In this document: positions 43,080 to 59,100 of the stretch, piece after piece | Layout of the letters: every line of letters begins with the position of its first letter | How positions within the stretch are numbered: position 1 is the stretch's first letter | Assembly: GCF_009914755.1 (NCBI RefSeq) | Contig: NC_060938.1 | Source: the human T2T-CHM13v2.0 reference genome, Homo sapiens | Strand: one strand, 5' to 3' | Length of the DNA stretch: 64,000 bases | The notes under the pieces: model-generated | Told to the model about the DNA's origin: nothing | The model's database searches: none | Seen by the model: only the letters and a program-made list of their open reading frames with translations | Program-made: the position numbers and the translations under genes

Positions 43080-43830
43080 AGAGCCCCCCTGCGTACGTCC
43101 CCGCACCCCTTTCGCCCCAGCGGCCGCTCACAAAGCGCCACCCGCGCCTCGGGCGCCCGCAGAAGCCGGAGCCAGTTCTCAGCCCTGATCGCCGCCAGCC
43201 GCCCAGGCTTCGGGGAAGGAGGGAGGGGAGAATAATGCGCCCCTCTTTCAATAAACGCCACTGCCAACCACTCCAACAGACACACTTTCGGTCCCCCGCC
43301 AGAGCTCCGGTGCCCCCGAGTGACCGCTTTCTGCGATCGCGTCCGCCGGGACCCCGTCCCTCTTTCCCCTTCAGTCTTCAGGGAGGGGGAGGCGCTCCGC
43401 ATTAGCGGGGCAGTTCAGCAACCCCGACCCCACCCGCGTGGCTCCAGGCCCAGGGGTCCGTTCACTTCCCCGTCCGGTTTGGGGGACGCCAATTCGCCTA
43501 AGAAAACCCTGGCAGAAGAGCGCGGACCCTTCACTACAAACCTCACGTCAGGGTTACAGCCACATTTAGGAACCTCTTCGGAAAAGCTGAGAAATCACTG
43601 TTTTGCAAAAAGCCTTCTGTACTGTGATGGGGCTTTGTGGTGAGAGGAACCTCTGAGAAGCCTCGTGCGGCTTGAGTTTAGAGTCACGCCCTGCCCAGCG
43701 ACATTCTCCCGCGCACGGGAGAACCTGCACTTCCGGTCTCCAACCCTCGCGGGCCGTGACTCTTCCCCTCCCCCGCGCCGGGCCCTGCATTTCCGGCCCC
43801 CTTGCTCTCCTGCACTTCCGCCCAGTCACA
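43080..43830. promoter_or_regulatory. Distal CpG island containing a candidate LINC01551 exon (acceptor at 43280)
   Basis: High CpG density; CTCCAACAG| acceptor; open frame to TGA at 43643. Confidence 0.8.
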
Positions 43831-44135
43831 TGGATGATGGATAGCGTTGGGAGCTGTTTTCTCTATCTTCCAGGTGGCTGCTGGGATCCTAAACTTGTTT
43901 CTTTAATTTCTCTTTAAAAATTGAATGTCCTTTAGTTTTTTTCACTTCCTTAAATTTGAGGGTCGAGAAAGCTAGAGGTGGAGACAAAAGGCTCATTGAA
44001 GACAAATCTTTTTTGGCTTTTCAGATCACTTACCCCTTTCTGAATTCCCTGTACAAATTCATACCAGTAACTGAGATTTAGGCCTCCAGGGCCTAGGCCA
44101 GTGTCTGCACTTAGTAGGCACGCAATACATGTTGA

Positions 44136-44664
<529 letters not shown>

Positions 44665-44739
44665 TGAAAATATTTTCTTGGACTTCTTTCTACATATGAG
44701 GTAAAGTGCTGTGATTTTTAGGTTTTTGAGTTTTATCAA

Positions 44740-45008
44740 CTCTCACCCAGGCTGGAGTGCAGTGGTGCCATCTTGGCATACTGCAACCAACCTCCGCCTC
44801 CCGGGTTCAAGCGATTCTCCTGCCTCAGCCTCCTGAGTAGCTGGGATTATATGTGTGCACAACCACGCCTGGCTGATTTTTGTGTTTTTGGTAAAAACGG
44901 GCTTTTGCCATTTTGGCCGGGCTGGTTTTGAACTCCTGACCTCAAGTGATCCTCCCGCCTCAGCCTCCCAAACTGCTGAGATTGCAGGCATGAGCCACTG
45001 TGCCCAGC
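44740..45008 (-). mobile_element. AluS lacking its tail
   Basis: Reverse Alu body starting CACCCAGGCTGGAGTGCAG. Confidence 0.93.
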
Positions 45009-45966
45009 ATTTTGCTTTCTTTTAAAACAGCTTTATTTGATAAGAGGTCAAGACCTTATGAAATGAATTTAAATTCTTGTAGTGAATTTGAGGCAGAAAC
45101 GACGACTCCTCTTTTATTTTTCCTGCTGCTGTATTATAGTTTAATTCACTTCCGTGTTGTCTTCTGCCTCATTCGGCAGTTCTTGTTCTCTATAATAACT
45201 TTTATGTTTAAATGCCAAAAGAATTTTTTTTGTAACCAGTTAAGAGTTGTGAAGTTGTGAGACTGAATTCAGTTGCTCATCATGTTTTAAATGCATATCT
45301 ACTCAGCACTGGTTGTGTAATCCACAGTCTGTTCCCTAGAGCATTTAATGACCCACGTTCATTGACTGTAAAATACTCAAAATATATAACCAGTGAGCTA
45401 GTAATCATGACAGTGATTTGAAATGTTATAGTTGCAAGTCAATATAAAGCATATTTATTAGCATCATTATTAAGAGGTGTCAGAGGGATACAAATAAGAC
45501 CTGCTCCTACCCTCTGGGAACTTACAATCTGGTTGGGCAAAATAATGAAATGTAAATTGATAGAAACAGCTACTAACCCATATTCGGTGTCTGGCATATT
45601 GAAGGCATTCAGTAAATAATTACCTCACAATAATTGCAGTCCTGTCATTCTTATAGTAGAATATGATATTGATAAGAAGTAAAGGAAGGAATAATTAGTA
45701 AAACTTTAGGAAATGAATTTGTCCTGTATATGTCACACGTGGAGATTGGAATATGCAAGTTGATTGTGTGTAAGAAGAATAAAGGGGGCATAAATAAAGA
45801 TGAGAAAGACGTTTGATGAGATGGAGTTTGGTGGTAAATTGAAGGAAAACTTAAAGACCATTCAGAGGAGTTTCTATTTGATAGTAGAGGTAATAAAGAC
45901 CCATGGTGGCCCTACGAGCAGAGGATGACATTACTAAAATTGAGTTTTATTTTAAAAATGATTCTA

Positions 45967-46275
45967 GGCTGGGCGCTGTGGCTCATGCCTGTAATCCCAG
46001 CAATTTGGGAGTCCGAGGTGGGCGGATCACCTAAGGTTAGGAGTTCGAGACCAGCCTGGCCAACATGGCGAAACCCTGTCTCTACTAAACATACAAAAAT
46101 TAGCCAGGTGCGGTGGCATGAGCCTGTAATCCCAGCTACCCAGGAGGCTGAGGCAGGAGAATAGCTGGAACCGGGGAGGCAGCGGCTACCAGTGTATCTG
46201 AGATTGTGCCACTGACCTCCAGCCTGGGCGACAGAGCAAGACTGTCTCAATAAGATAAATAAATAAATAAATAAA
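45967..46275 (+). mobile_element. AluSx-like
   Basis: Full dimer, (AAAT)n tail, GATTCTA on both sides. Confidence 0.95.
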
Positions 46276-46633
46276 GATTCTAGCCAGCAACTGAATATAG
46301 GGAAAATTGCAGGAGAAAAGATTAGTGCAGTTCTGGAATGTGGTACTGTTAGAGAATGGCTATAGTCAGAGCTATCATTACGTCCCTTCTCCTCAATTTT
46401 TATACAATTGAAATTGCATTGAAATGATGAAATCAGGAATGAATCTTGCATAGAACAAAAGCCAGAGTACCACTGGAATCAGTACTACCCCCTTATTCTT
46501 CATTATTGATAGTGACAGGGGATGTTAGACATTGAGAGAAGGCAACTAACCCCAAAATATTTTCATCACCAGTTAAGCTCTAGATATTTTTTTTTTTTTT
46601 TTGCATTTAGCATATCCACCCATTATGCAATTG

Positions 46634-46856
46634 CAGTGGTTCTCAACTGGGGTGATTTTTGTCCCTTTCCTCCCCTGGGAGACTTTTCACAATGTCTGGA
46701 GACATTTTTTAGTTACAGCACCTCTGGGGCCACTACTGACGTCTGGTAGATAGATGACCAGTGTATTGCTGAACATGTTAAATTCACAGGATGGACCCCC
46801 ATAACCACAGACTACTATGTCCAAAATGTCAGTCATTCTGAGCTTGGAAAACCCTC
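46634..46856 (+). mobile_element. MER20 (hAT-Charlie MITE)
   Basis: CAGTGGTTCTCAACTGGGGTGATTTTGTCCC...CAATGTCTGGAGACATTTTT...GAAAACCCT. Confidence 0.85.
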
Positions 46857-48456
46857 AGTTATGGGAATGAAGCATGAGCTCCAACTCTGGAGAGCTGCAC
46901 CATGAGTCCCAGGTCTTAACTTCTATTATGGCAACAATTTCAATCGAAGAAATGTTTTGCTTAGTGAGACAAATATAACTGAATATCCCAGTAACTTTGC
47001 CTACCCCTGAGGCCTTAGAGACAAGAAAATCAGAAGGGTACCTGCTTGGATTTTCTACTTTTTATAAAATAAAGTTAGAAATCTTCTTAAGGATTTGTCT
47101 TCATCTAAATGTTATTTATTAAATTAATAAAATGTGCCTTTGGAGTTGCTTAGCAACTTATGGAAAGCTTGCTTTTTAGAAGTTCATTTGTTTGTTTAAA
47201 ACCTGGATAGGTTGCATATTATTAGCCACATTACATAAATCAACAAAGAAATGTACACTGAAAATGGAATAAGATGTTTCAACACATTTTCTTCTCTCCT
47301 GTCTGGCAATTAAAACACTCTAATTGTCTGGTAGAATTGCATCAAGTATTCGACAAACATTATTTATGTATGAAACTTCAACATAATATTGAGTATGTAA
47401 GAGAACCAAAGGGGAAAAATTAAACAGGTTTGTCATAAAGTATGTGTTTATCTTAACCTTTCTTCTTCAAAAACCTTATCTACTAAGTAGTTTTATCAGA
47501 CACTAATTATACGCTTTCTGAATAGAATTTCTCCAACACCCTTCAGTGCCTGCACCCTTTAATCATATCTCATTACATCTACCTAATCCATATCTTTTTC
47601 GCATTGCCAGGGCTCATTAACAGTTTTAAAAGCCAATCTTGGACATTATCACTCCTTGTAATCGAAATGAAAATAATGCCAATAATGTTGTATTTCTAAA
47701 ATAAAATGGATTATTTAAATTTTGTTCTGAAGCCATTTCTTCTTTAAATATTAATGAGAAATTAACTTTCAAACATGCATTAAGCTAGCAGGACTGGTAA
47801 GATGTGTCTGAAAACCCTGAAGCACCTTTTCAAAGAAGTTATTTTTATAAGCTGTTTTAACAGTGGATCATCAGTCACTTTGAAGGGAAGTGATCCTTGA
47901 TTAACAGTTGGCTGATATTGTGTTTCCACAGATGTGTGGCAGCAATACAGGTGCTATGCATGAAATAGTACAGGTAATTCACAGGATAAATGCATTTTCT
48001 TTTTCTGATGGAAAAAGATGAAATGCTTCTTCGTCTTTATATACTGCCCCCATTTAATAGTTATTGACAAGACAAACCAAATGTGTCACTGAAATAATGA
48101 ACTACAGGCACTGCGTTTCCCATAAATTTAAAGAAATCATTGTCAATTTGGCTAGTACTTTATTCCTTTTGATTTCCTGTTTTTAAAAAAGAAAACTCTT
48201 ACAAATCTGCAGTTACATGACTAAAGTAGAGCATCATGATAATGACTTTTTGGGACTTGAAAGTCAAATCTTGTCTCTCAGAATATAATTACATAGGACT
48301 AACAAGTTATTCTCTAAAATGGAAGCTTCCTCCACCATTATAATCAAGCTTCAGATTCTTTCTTGAAAGTAATCAGGAAAAGTTTACTGGCCCATTATTT
48401 ATTTATTTATTTATTATGCACATACTATTAAGTTACAGAGTTCAAAACAACCACTA

Positions 48457-48747
<291 letters not shown>

Positions 48748-49074
48748 TTAGCCAGATAGCAGTGATCTCTTATTTTAAGTGTTTTGTCAGCTGTTTCTTC
48801 CAGTTTTTCTTTGGAGTATATGTATTTTTTCTTTTAGAATTTTGTGTTTCTTCTGATTTCTCTCCATTAATATGGCTCATCTTGTTGCTGACTACAGAAA
48901 CTTTTTAAGCAGAATCAAATGAAACCATATAGTTGCTGAGTTTGGTTTGTATTGTCATATCTTTTATAGTTGTACCATTGCTAATAATCAAATACAGTAA
49001 TACAATTAGATGTGTAGAATCTGTAAGATTTTTTTTTTCCAAGACTTCCTTGGAATTTTCTCTTTTAAATTCCT

Positions 49075-49402
<328 letters not shown>

Positions 49403-49805
49403 CCTTTTATTTATTTAATCATATTTTTGTGTGTGTGTGGGATAACATTGCACCTGCTCGGTTATGCACAAGTAATTTACCTTTCTTTGCTTTACTGAAA
49501 TAGCTTGAGTATTCAGACCTTACCAAATTTTTATGGTGACATGATAGACAATACTTATTTAAATAAAATTTCTTTCATTTTATTATCAATTAAATTAACT
49601 CTATAATAAAAAATAAAACTTGGTGAACTTAACAACATAGCAAATCACCATAACAATTTTAAAATTGCAAACGTGGTATTAATATACCTTAAAATTGTTT
49701 TTGCTTTGGTAATCAGGTTTTTATCTTTATTTCTCTTATTAAGAAATTTTGCCTTTTCTATACTGATAATCTTTTTCCTTGTCCTTTTCATGTTGTTATT
49801 TTCAG

Positions 49806-50190
49806 AGGTTTTTCATTAGTCAATACAGTGAAGGCTGGCATGATCATCAGCTTCCCATCCAATAATATCTACTCATCAGTGTGCTGTTGTCAATCAGAGA
49901 TTTTCAAGTATGAGTTCTCCAACTCAAAGAAAAGTAGCTGGATCCAGGAAGAAAGGCATTTGGGGAAGAACAACGTTCTTTACAGTGCTCATGATGTGTC
50001 TCCAGAGAAAGTTACTTCAGCACTAAACAAACAAACAAACAAACAAACAACAACAATAAACAACTTTCCTCTACAGTATCTTCCAGGGTCTAAACTATTA
50101 GACAGGTTCCTAAGTTTATCCAGATCTCTCCTATGTCTGAATTCTTGGTCATCTTCCTTGCCTCTGGCTCCACAGGTAAAGAAGAAATAA
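49806..50190 (+). other. LINC01551: LINC01551 last exon, ORF part
   Basis: Strong acceptor TTGTTATTTTCAG|; GFSLVNTVKAGMIISF...APQVKKK*; exons 1+2+this give 507 nt = 168 aa + stop. Confidence 0.75.
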
Positions 50191-50219
50191 TAATAAAGGA
50201 ACAAAAATTATATGTTTCA

Positions 50220-50527
<308 letters not shown>

Positions 50528-51585
50528 TTATATGTTTCTGTCGGGCTGACTCATTCCACTTTTGAAGCACCCAGTGGATTAATTAGTCTTATTATTGCAT
50601 TTACTGTCACCTACACATTTGTTTGTGGGAAGGCACTCCTCTTGGCATTTGCTTAGTTGGAAAAAGGAACACTAAGACTATAGCCACTGGATAATGCTCT
50701 TGAAGTTCACGGCACTGTGGCAGCATAAAGCTTGAACAGACCTAGTTTTTTTATTGATGGAGTGCAACTGATGTAGCACCACTTTTCTCTGACACTGTAT
50801 ATTAGCTTTTAGTTATGAACTACTTCCTTCCAGTGCAGCAGTTGTTGCCTACCATTGGTACCAGTTTGGCACCATTATAAAGAAACATTGTACCTCTTAT
50901 AGGAAGAATTTGGAGAGTTTTGGTATGGTAATCAAGATGTGTATTGTAATAATTAACTGAATTCTGTGAACACACTGTTTCTACCTTAAGTGAAAGAAAA
51001 AGAGAACAGCTGCAATTATTTATCTTCACTCATTTCTCATAGATAGCCAGGATTTTTCAGTGTACATTCTCTTGTCCTGAAATTATTTTCAGTTCTTGTT
51101 GATTCTTATAGATTATAATGAGAAAGGCACGAGCAAGAAATTTGAAATAAAGAACACAAAATGAGATTGCCCTTTGGTTGTTAAAATTGCAGATTTAACA
51201 AAATAGATCAGCAAAATATGTGCAAAGTTATCTTAACAGATTAATTCCTATCCAGCAGGCTTTAACAAAAACTAATAGAAGCTATTACATATTTACAGAA
51301 AAAAAAATTTAGCCATGAAAGCTACTAAAGAAAAGCCAGAAACAGCGTAAGAATGCCCTACTCAAATATGATTCAGAGACGAGGGTGGGGACTTTATTCC
51401 ACTGGACTTCAGTCCCAGTGACAAGGCCACTACTATTGTGAATTAATATCAGGCTAATTAAACTTGATGTTATTAAATGTTCTATCCATAAAATTTTTCA
51501 TTCAGAATTCTTGTTTTTCAAACAACATTCTGGATTATTATTTAGCTGTCAAAGTAGCTGTGTTCTTAGAAAATACATCAGTCAG

Positions 51586-51890
51586 GGCTGGGTACAGTGG
51601 CTCATGTCTGTAATCCTAGTGCTTTGGGAGGCCAAGACAGGAGGATCACATGAGGCCAGGAGTTTGAGACCAACTAAGTCAACATGGTAGGACCCTGTCT
51701 CTATCCCCCTCTACCCCCCAAAAAATTAGTCAGACATGGTAGCACATGCTTGTAGTCCTAGCTACTTGGGAGGCTGAGGTGGGAGGATCTCTTGAGCCCA
51801 AGAGTTCAAGGTAGCAGTGAGCTGATTGCACTACTGCACTCTGGCTCATGCAAGATAGGAAGACCCTGTCTCAGAAAAGATTAAAAGAAA
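51586..51890 (+). mobile_element. AluJ
   Basis: Diverged full dimer. Confidence 0.9.
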
Positions 51891-52034
51891 ATAAACTAAT
51901 CACACAAATTTCAAATATACTATTTATAATGGTAGAAACATTTTAGTGAGCAATGATCCTGGCCTTTAGTGAGGTTTTTCTCATAACAATTTGTCATAAA
52001 TGAATAATTTCTGGGTAAAACATTATAATTTCAT

Positions 52035-52322
52035 TTTTTCTTTATTTATTTATTTTTATTTTTATTTTTGAAACAGAATCTCATTTTGTTGTCCAGGCTG
52101 GAGTGTCCGCCTCCCAGGCTCCAGTGATCCTCCAGCCTCAGCCTCTTGAGTAGCTGGGACTACAGGCATGCTCCACCACGCTCGGCTAATTTTTGTATTT
52201 TTTGTTGAGAAGGGGTTGTGCCATGGTGTCCAGGCTTGACTTGAACTCCTGGGCTCAAACAATCAGCCTGCTTTGGCCTCCCAAAGTGCTAGAACTACAG
52301 GCATGAGCCATGGAGCCCAACC
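52035..52322 (-). mobile_element. AluJ-like with internal deletion
   Basis: Reverse Alu, (TTTA)n tail. Confidence 0.9.
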
Positions 52323-53410
52323 TGTGATTTCTTTGCTGTGTACCCCCATTTGATGGATAATTTTTTGGCATGTTGATAAACGTCAGGGTGTAAAGTATCC
52401 AGTATGAGGGGTAAAGCCAGGATTATAATAAATTTGTCAACTTCAGGTTTTCTTGCTAGCCTTTTCTGTGATATACAAAGTGCACATACAACTACATGGG
52501 TAGGAGAATTGTTGAAATAAGTTATCATTGTTCAAACAATAATTTGTTGGAACCAAATATCACCCACAATGCAATTGTCTACCTTTAAAGAATGGCCATA
52601 GAGTCAAAAACTTTCTTTTGAATCCTGGATTCACTATTTATTTGATGTGAGATCACCTTTACTTTTATACCATCAATTTCCTCAGTGTAAAGAGTGTATT
52701 ATTAAAATTCCCTCGTACGGTCACTTCAAAATTAAAATAAATAATTCACATAAATGCTTAGCACTGTGCCCAGAGTATGGACATGAATGTAAAATAATGC
52801 CTCGACATTTTATCACTAAGAGTAATAATATTATTATCATAATAAGATGATGTTGATTCAGGATATGATTTGGGCAGCAAAATTTTCACAGGGACCAATT
52901 GCAGAATACTCGAGATCATATAGTTTCTAGAAATTATTTCCACTCTAATATTTAGATAGATTACGGTCCCGCCATTGCCGTCCTCTGAAGTATCAGATCT
53001 TATATTTATTTTTTGTAATTCTTTATCATTTATAATATTTGAGGAATAAATTAATGAATGAATAATCTTCTAGACTCTCCCAAATCTCTCTCAATGGCTT
53101 AATACTATCAAGACTTATTATTCCCTCATATCACATTCCAGTGCAAGTTGGGTGAAGAGTGGGGTGAATCTGTTTCATTGAGTCCCATTTAGTCATTCAG
53201 GAACCCTGGAAGTGACTCTGCCATTCTTTAGGGCTTTGGAGTCTTCCAAAGGATACACAACATTGGGTAAGGAGGGAAGAAAGCTTATTGGAGAGCCAGC
53301 AGGATAATTCCTTAATCCCATTAACTTGAAGTCAACCACATGGCCCAACCTAATTGCAGGGGAGGTGTGGGAATATAATTTAGCTGTGTATTTTGGAGGA
53401 AAAAGAAATG

Positions 53411-53711
53411 GGCTGGCACAGTAGCTCACGCCTGTAATCCCAGCACTTTGAGAGGCAAAGATGGGAGGATACCTTGCATCCAAGAGTTTGAAACCAGCCT
53501 GAGCAACATAGTGGGACCATGTGTCTACAAAAAATAAAAATTAAAAAACTAGCCAGACGTGGTGACATGCGCCTGTAGACCCAACTACTCAGGAGGTTGA
53601 GGCGAGAAAATTGCTTGAGCACGGGAGGTTAAGGCTGCAGTGAGCCATGATGGTGCCACTGCACTTCAGCCTGGGTGACAAAGTGAGATCCTATCTGAAG
53701 GAAAAAAAAAA
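53411..53711 (+). mobile_element. AluJ
   Basis: Full dimer, AAATGGG on both sides. Confidence 0.92.
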
Positions 53712-54854
53712 TGGGTTTGCTGACCACACAGCATTACTTCTGCCCTACTAATTAACCAAACACTGCCACTAACAAAATTAGTTTTACGATTCTTCTATAA
53801 ATTTTCAGTTACCTAAAGATGGTGAGGAACTCTTGCCTAGGAAATTAATTTGCACATAGTTTTATAGAACAATATATCTTATATTAGAAAGTCTTTGTCA
53901 ACAAGGATTGGAAAGTATCACCTTTTGATAAGTCTTTGTTCTATAGGAATTCTCTGGATAACTTTTTGTGAAGCATTTATCCTACCTCATTTCTACTTAA
54001 AGCTCGTATATATGACAGAGATTATATCCTTAAATGAGCATTTCCTTGCTTTTATCATCTTGTGTCATTATCCCAACATTCTTTTATTATAGTTGTTATT
54101 GAGAGCATACTTTCAGATTTAGCATAGAGATTAACTGTGAAATAAGTAAATAGTGAATTGTTTAGTTGGAATGAAGTATAAAAGTCAATGCTTTTAAGAG
54201 GTTTTTTTTCAATTTTAACTGCTATTTCTAAGTGACTACAATACTCGAAAAGAAGTGGATTGACAATCTTAGATTTAAGATTTTTTTCTATGAAGAATTG
54301 CTGTGACGTTAAACTTTACAAACAATGTAAAACTTTACTATGATTCTCCAAAATATGCTTTTTCAAAAGTTCCACTTTACTGATGAGAGTTCCCTATATT
54401 AAAACCCTTTCAGCTCATGAATTCTTGGGGTCTTTCCAAATGAAAGACTTTTAATGTTTCCATGACAGTGTTTACTCATTATGGTTAAGGAAAGAGATTC
54501 ATATTGCCTGCTTATTTGACACTTTGCCTAATAAATTCCAAATAATAACAAATAGCACTCTAAACAATTTACTTATTAATACCAATAATCTGTTGGAGAC
54601 TCGTTGTGTATATTTAATGGTTTCCTTTCCACTGAGAGTATTTTCAACTATATTGATACTACTTTGTAAGAAATCACTATTTTAATTATTTTCTCATAAT
54701 TAATATGCATATATGAAACTGGCATTATATTTTGATATTTTTAATAGAGATTAAAATATCCCTTATTATCCATATTTAATAAAAGACATGTTTGTGATAC
54801 ATATTTAGATACAGTTTTAAATGGCCATTTTAGTTATTAAGTGAAGTTAAAGAC

Positions 54855-55110
54855 TTTTTTTTCAACTTTTATTTTCGGTACAGGGTACATGTGCAGGCTT
54901 GTTACATGAATACATTGCCTCCAGTCAGTGAGCATTGTACCCAATAGGTAGTTTTTCCATCCACACTCCCATCTCGACCTCCCCACTCTGGTAGTCTGCA
55001 GTGTCTATTGTTCCCATATGTGTTCAATGTTTAGCTCCCACATAGAAGTGAGTACGTGAGGTATTTGGTTTTCTATCACTGCATTAATTTGTTTAGGATT
55101 ATGGCCTCCT
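54855..55110 (-). mobile_element. L1 3' end fragment (old L1PA/L1PB-like)
   Basis: TTTTCAACTTTTATTTT...GTACATGTGCAGG...TTTAGCTCCCAC...TAGGATTATGGCCTCC. Confidence 0.85.
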
Positions 55111-55548
55111 GAAATAAAAGAAACAAAAGATTGACATTCTTTAGATGATTATACATTCATGTACATACTTCTGCTTCTAGTGATTATAGCACTATTAATT
55201 CTTATATAAAATATTTGTTTTTTTCCAACTGCTTTTTAGTGCATGCATTTTATAATTTTTCATATAATTACCTGTTTGCAAATTAAAGGAGGCTAGAGAG
55301 TTCATTGTAACATCATAATTTTGTTTTTTATGCCAGCCTAACCAACTTTAGCCTTTATTAAATAAATAAAAGTTGAAAATGAATGTTCATAAATACATTA
55401 GTTATTTAATTAGAAATGCATATTTTTAATTGAACAATTCTGTGAGAGAAAATGTTTGCAAATATACATTAAATAGTAAAAAATGGCATTTTACTATTTT
55501 GTTAAGTAGAAATATATTAAGTATGTAGCCACATAAGAACTGGGATAA

Positions 55549-55927
<379 letters not shown>

Positions 55928-58451
55928 TTAGCTATCTTTGTATATAGCTTTTTGTTGACTATATTGTTTGTATTATACAAGTTATTTTCTTGATATTTAA
56001 GAATAGCAGTTGATTGATGAAGATGTGGTAGCATTTACTGAGAAAACAATTTGAGTTATTTTACCCTTTACACAACCATCGTAAAATTTTCATTTTCATC
56101 TACTCTAGCGAATGTGAGCCTGTTAAAGAATTTTAAAGTTTTCAGTCTACTTGGACATACAAGTTATTGAATATTCATATACAAAATTATTACCTTGAGT
56201 GCTGCATGTTCTGTATGAGATTTTATATCATGTGTTAAGTATTAAAAGGGTTTAAGTGCTCTAGACTTTAAACTACTTTATTTCTTTTGTTTCATATCTT
56301 AAATCGGCATTATAAATTCTACATTTTTATCATTAAACTTTTATATTATAGAACATATACATTTCAGCTTAAGGTTTTATGCATATTTGTCAAAAATAAT
56401 TTCAATTCTATAGTAGTTATGCAGAAATTATTTTAGCATTTGAAGTTGTGTGTAATGTAAATGTTAATTAAAATTCATTGGCAAATCATTTAGGATTTTA
56501 TGTAAGTTGACTTCAAGACATTTTCTTCCAAAACAGTTGTTATATTTCTCCATGTTTCCTGCATGGTGGATTTTGAATTTAGCATCTGACATGTTTTCTC
56601 AACTCTAGTTTATAATGAAAACACGTAGGTACTCAAGGGAATGTGTTAAAAGCAAAAATTCTATGATCCTTGAAAGGTAAATGACAGCGCTGAGATAGTC
56701 ACATCTGGATCAGAAATGTTTCATTTGTTTATCTAACTAAACAAACACAAATAGAGATAATTAGGATGCTAGCAATGCATATTTTAACAAACAACTTATG
56801 GCTTTGATTAGGTCAGAATCCAGTTTTTGGTTTTTCTTTATTCCCACAAATTTGTAAAAATGAATTGACCTTCAGCATTAAGTGGCTTTGAGTGATTACA
56901 GTAAATCTATTATTTTCTATGTTGAAGTCTGAAGATAAAATTAATTCCTGGAATTCAAAGAATCATGTACATTATATATTTAAATATATATTTTTATGCA
57001 TACACACATAAACACACACACACATAATCATATACGGTATAGTGTGCCTAATTATTCAATTTACCTCACCTTATTTTTATTCTTATTAGAATTGTACTAA
57101 CATGTTTCAGAATTGCTAAGCTTTAGCTGTGAAAAATCAGTCACACACACAAAAGAAAAATGAATCTCTTGGTAAAATCACAATTGTTTATATTTAAAAT
57201 AGGTTTTTAGCATTATAGTGAACTGTTAATTGACTTTTAAATTTAGTTTTGCATGTAGATTAGTAGGTTGAAGAAGAAATTTTAATGTAAATGAATATCT
57301 TCTAAATCTTATTAGTTTTCTCTCTTAAAAGTATTTTTTATATCTTGAAGACAGGAACTTAAAATATTCTGTTTACATTCTGATCATATAGCTCAATTTT
57401 AAATTAGTAAAATCATATTTCTTGCTGAGTTGAAATGTTTTTTTAAATTCTAGTCAAAAGCTTTTTATTAAATTAATATAATCATACCCTCTTGTTCAGT
57501 TAGGAGTAAAGTAGTTGTTTAATTAAACATGATATTTGTTTATAATGTAGTGTTTCAGAAATACTAGTTCAAAAGATAGGATAAGGATTTATATCAAATG
57601 TTTCAATCTGACAAGTAAATTACATTTCTTCCACCATAAAAAGGTAAGCAGAAAACTGTAGCAGCAATGAAAAGACATATTCTTACTATCTAGTGATATG
57701 ATATGCACCAGTCTGCAAAATATGACCTTTTCCACTTTCAAGATTCAGCCAAAGTTTTTACAACCACTATAATAAGGATCTTAGTTTTGGCTTTTAGTAC
57801 TTTTAATATGATGTTAAAACTGCCATTCCTTTTATTAGTCAACTCAGAGGACAAAAAAAGAACAGGATGGGTTTCTGTATGAAAATCTGAATATATTAAA
57901 ATCTAAGTTATTACACAAACATGAAAAATGGTAAGTCTCAGTAAATTCTATGCTCAAGAATGAAACATACAAAATGGCCCCCATTTGCCAAAGCAGAATC
58001 AAGAGGATAATGTACATTTTTAATAGGTTTTATTTCAATAAGTGGCCTTTGTTGTGATTTCTCCTTTGCACATGCTTTTGCCTTTATACCAATTACCATT
58101 GCTGTTACATCAGTAGAAGGTATTCTCTTTAGTTAAACCTATGAAGTGAAAAGAAACTCAATAAGAATTATATATGTAAAGTAAAATATTTATATAATGA
58201 TTAATTTGCATGGAAGTCTGGATAATCTAAATTTGATGGAATTAGAAAACAGATTTTATATTTTGACTATTTTTGATAGAGCAAAAGTGTTATACATTTT
58301 TAGAGAACAATTTCCTGTATTTGGTTTTCCCATTGGAATTAGAACACTGTACAGAAAAACTAAAAGGTTACAAAAAGTTATACATAAATTTGTACTTTAT
58401 CAGAACAAGACAAATTGACGTTACTATGTCACAAAACATAAACAATTGGAC

Positions 58452-58741
58452 TTTCTTTTTTCCCCCCGCCCTGAGACAGAGTCTTGCTATGTCACCCAAG
58501 CTGGAGTGCAGTGGCGCGATTTCAGCTCACTGCAACCTCTACCCCCCGGGTTCAAGCCACAGCCTCCCAAGTAGCTGGGATTACAGGCACCCCCCACCAC
58601 ACCTGGCTAATTTTTGTATTTTTAGTAGAGACGGGGTTTCACCAGGTTGGCCACGTTGGTCTCAAACTCCTGACCTCATGATCCACCCGCCTCGGCCCCC
58701 CAAAGTGCTGGGATTATGGGCATGAGCCACTGCGCCCCACC
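58452..58741 (-). mobile_element. AluS
   Basis: Reverse Alu. Confidence 0.93.
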
Positions 58742-59065
58742 AACAATCTGACTTTCTCATGTTTGTTCAAAGTTTAGCTATCATGAGCTTGTTAAACATG
58801 TGTTCAAAATTGCTGAAATATTGCCTCCCTGTTCTATGAAATACAAGGTGCGTATAAACCCTTATTCCCTCAGTCTCTAATTGATTCTCTGTGCATTCCT
58901 CTGTTAGGTTTTCAAAATTATTATGATAGAAATATTGATATAACTAATGTTTATTTATTTTATTTTTAAACTAGTATTTATTTAGCGATTATTATGTGCC
59001 AGACACTTACGTATGTTCACTATTTGGATAAATTTGGCCACTTCTTTTAGCCAAACACACACAGA

Positions 59066-59069
<4 letters not shown>

Positions 59070-59096
<27 letters not shown>
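59070..59096. repeat. (CA)n microsatellite
   Basis: Read directly. Confidence 0.95.
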
Positions 59097-59100
<4 letters not shown>

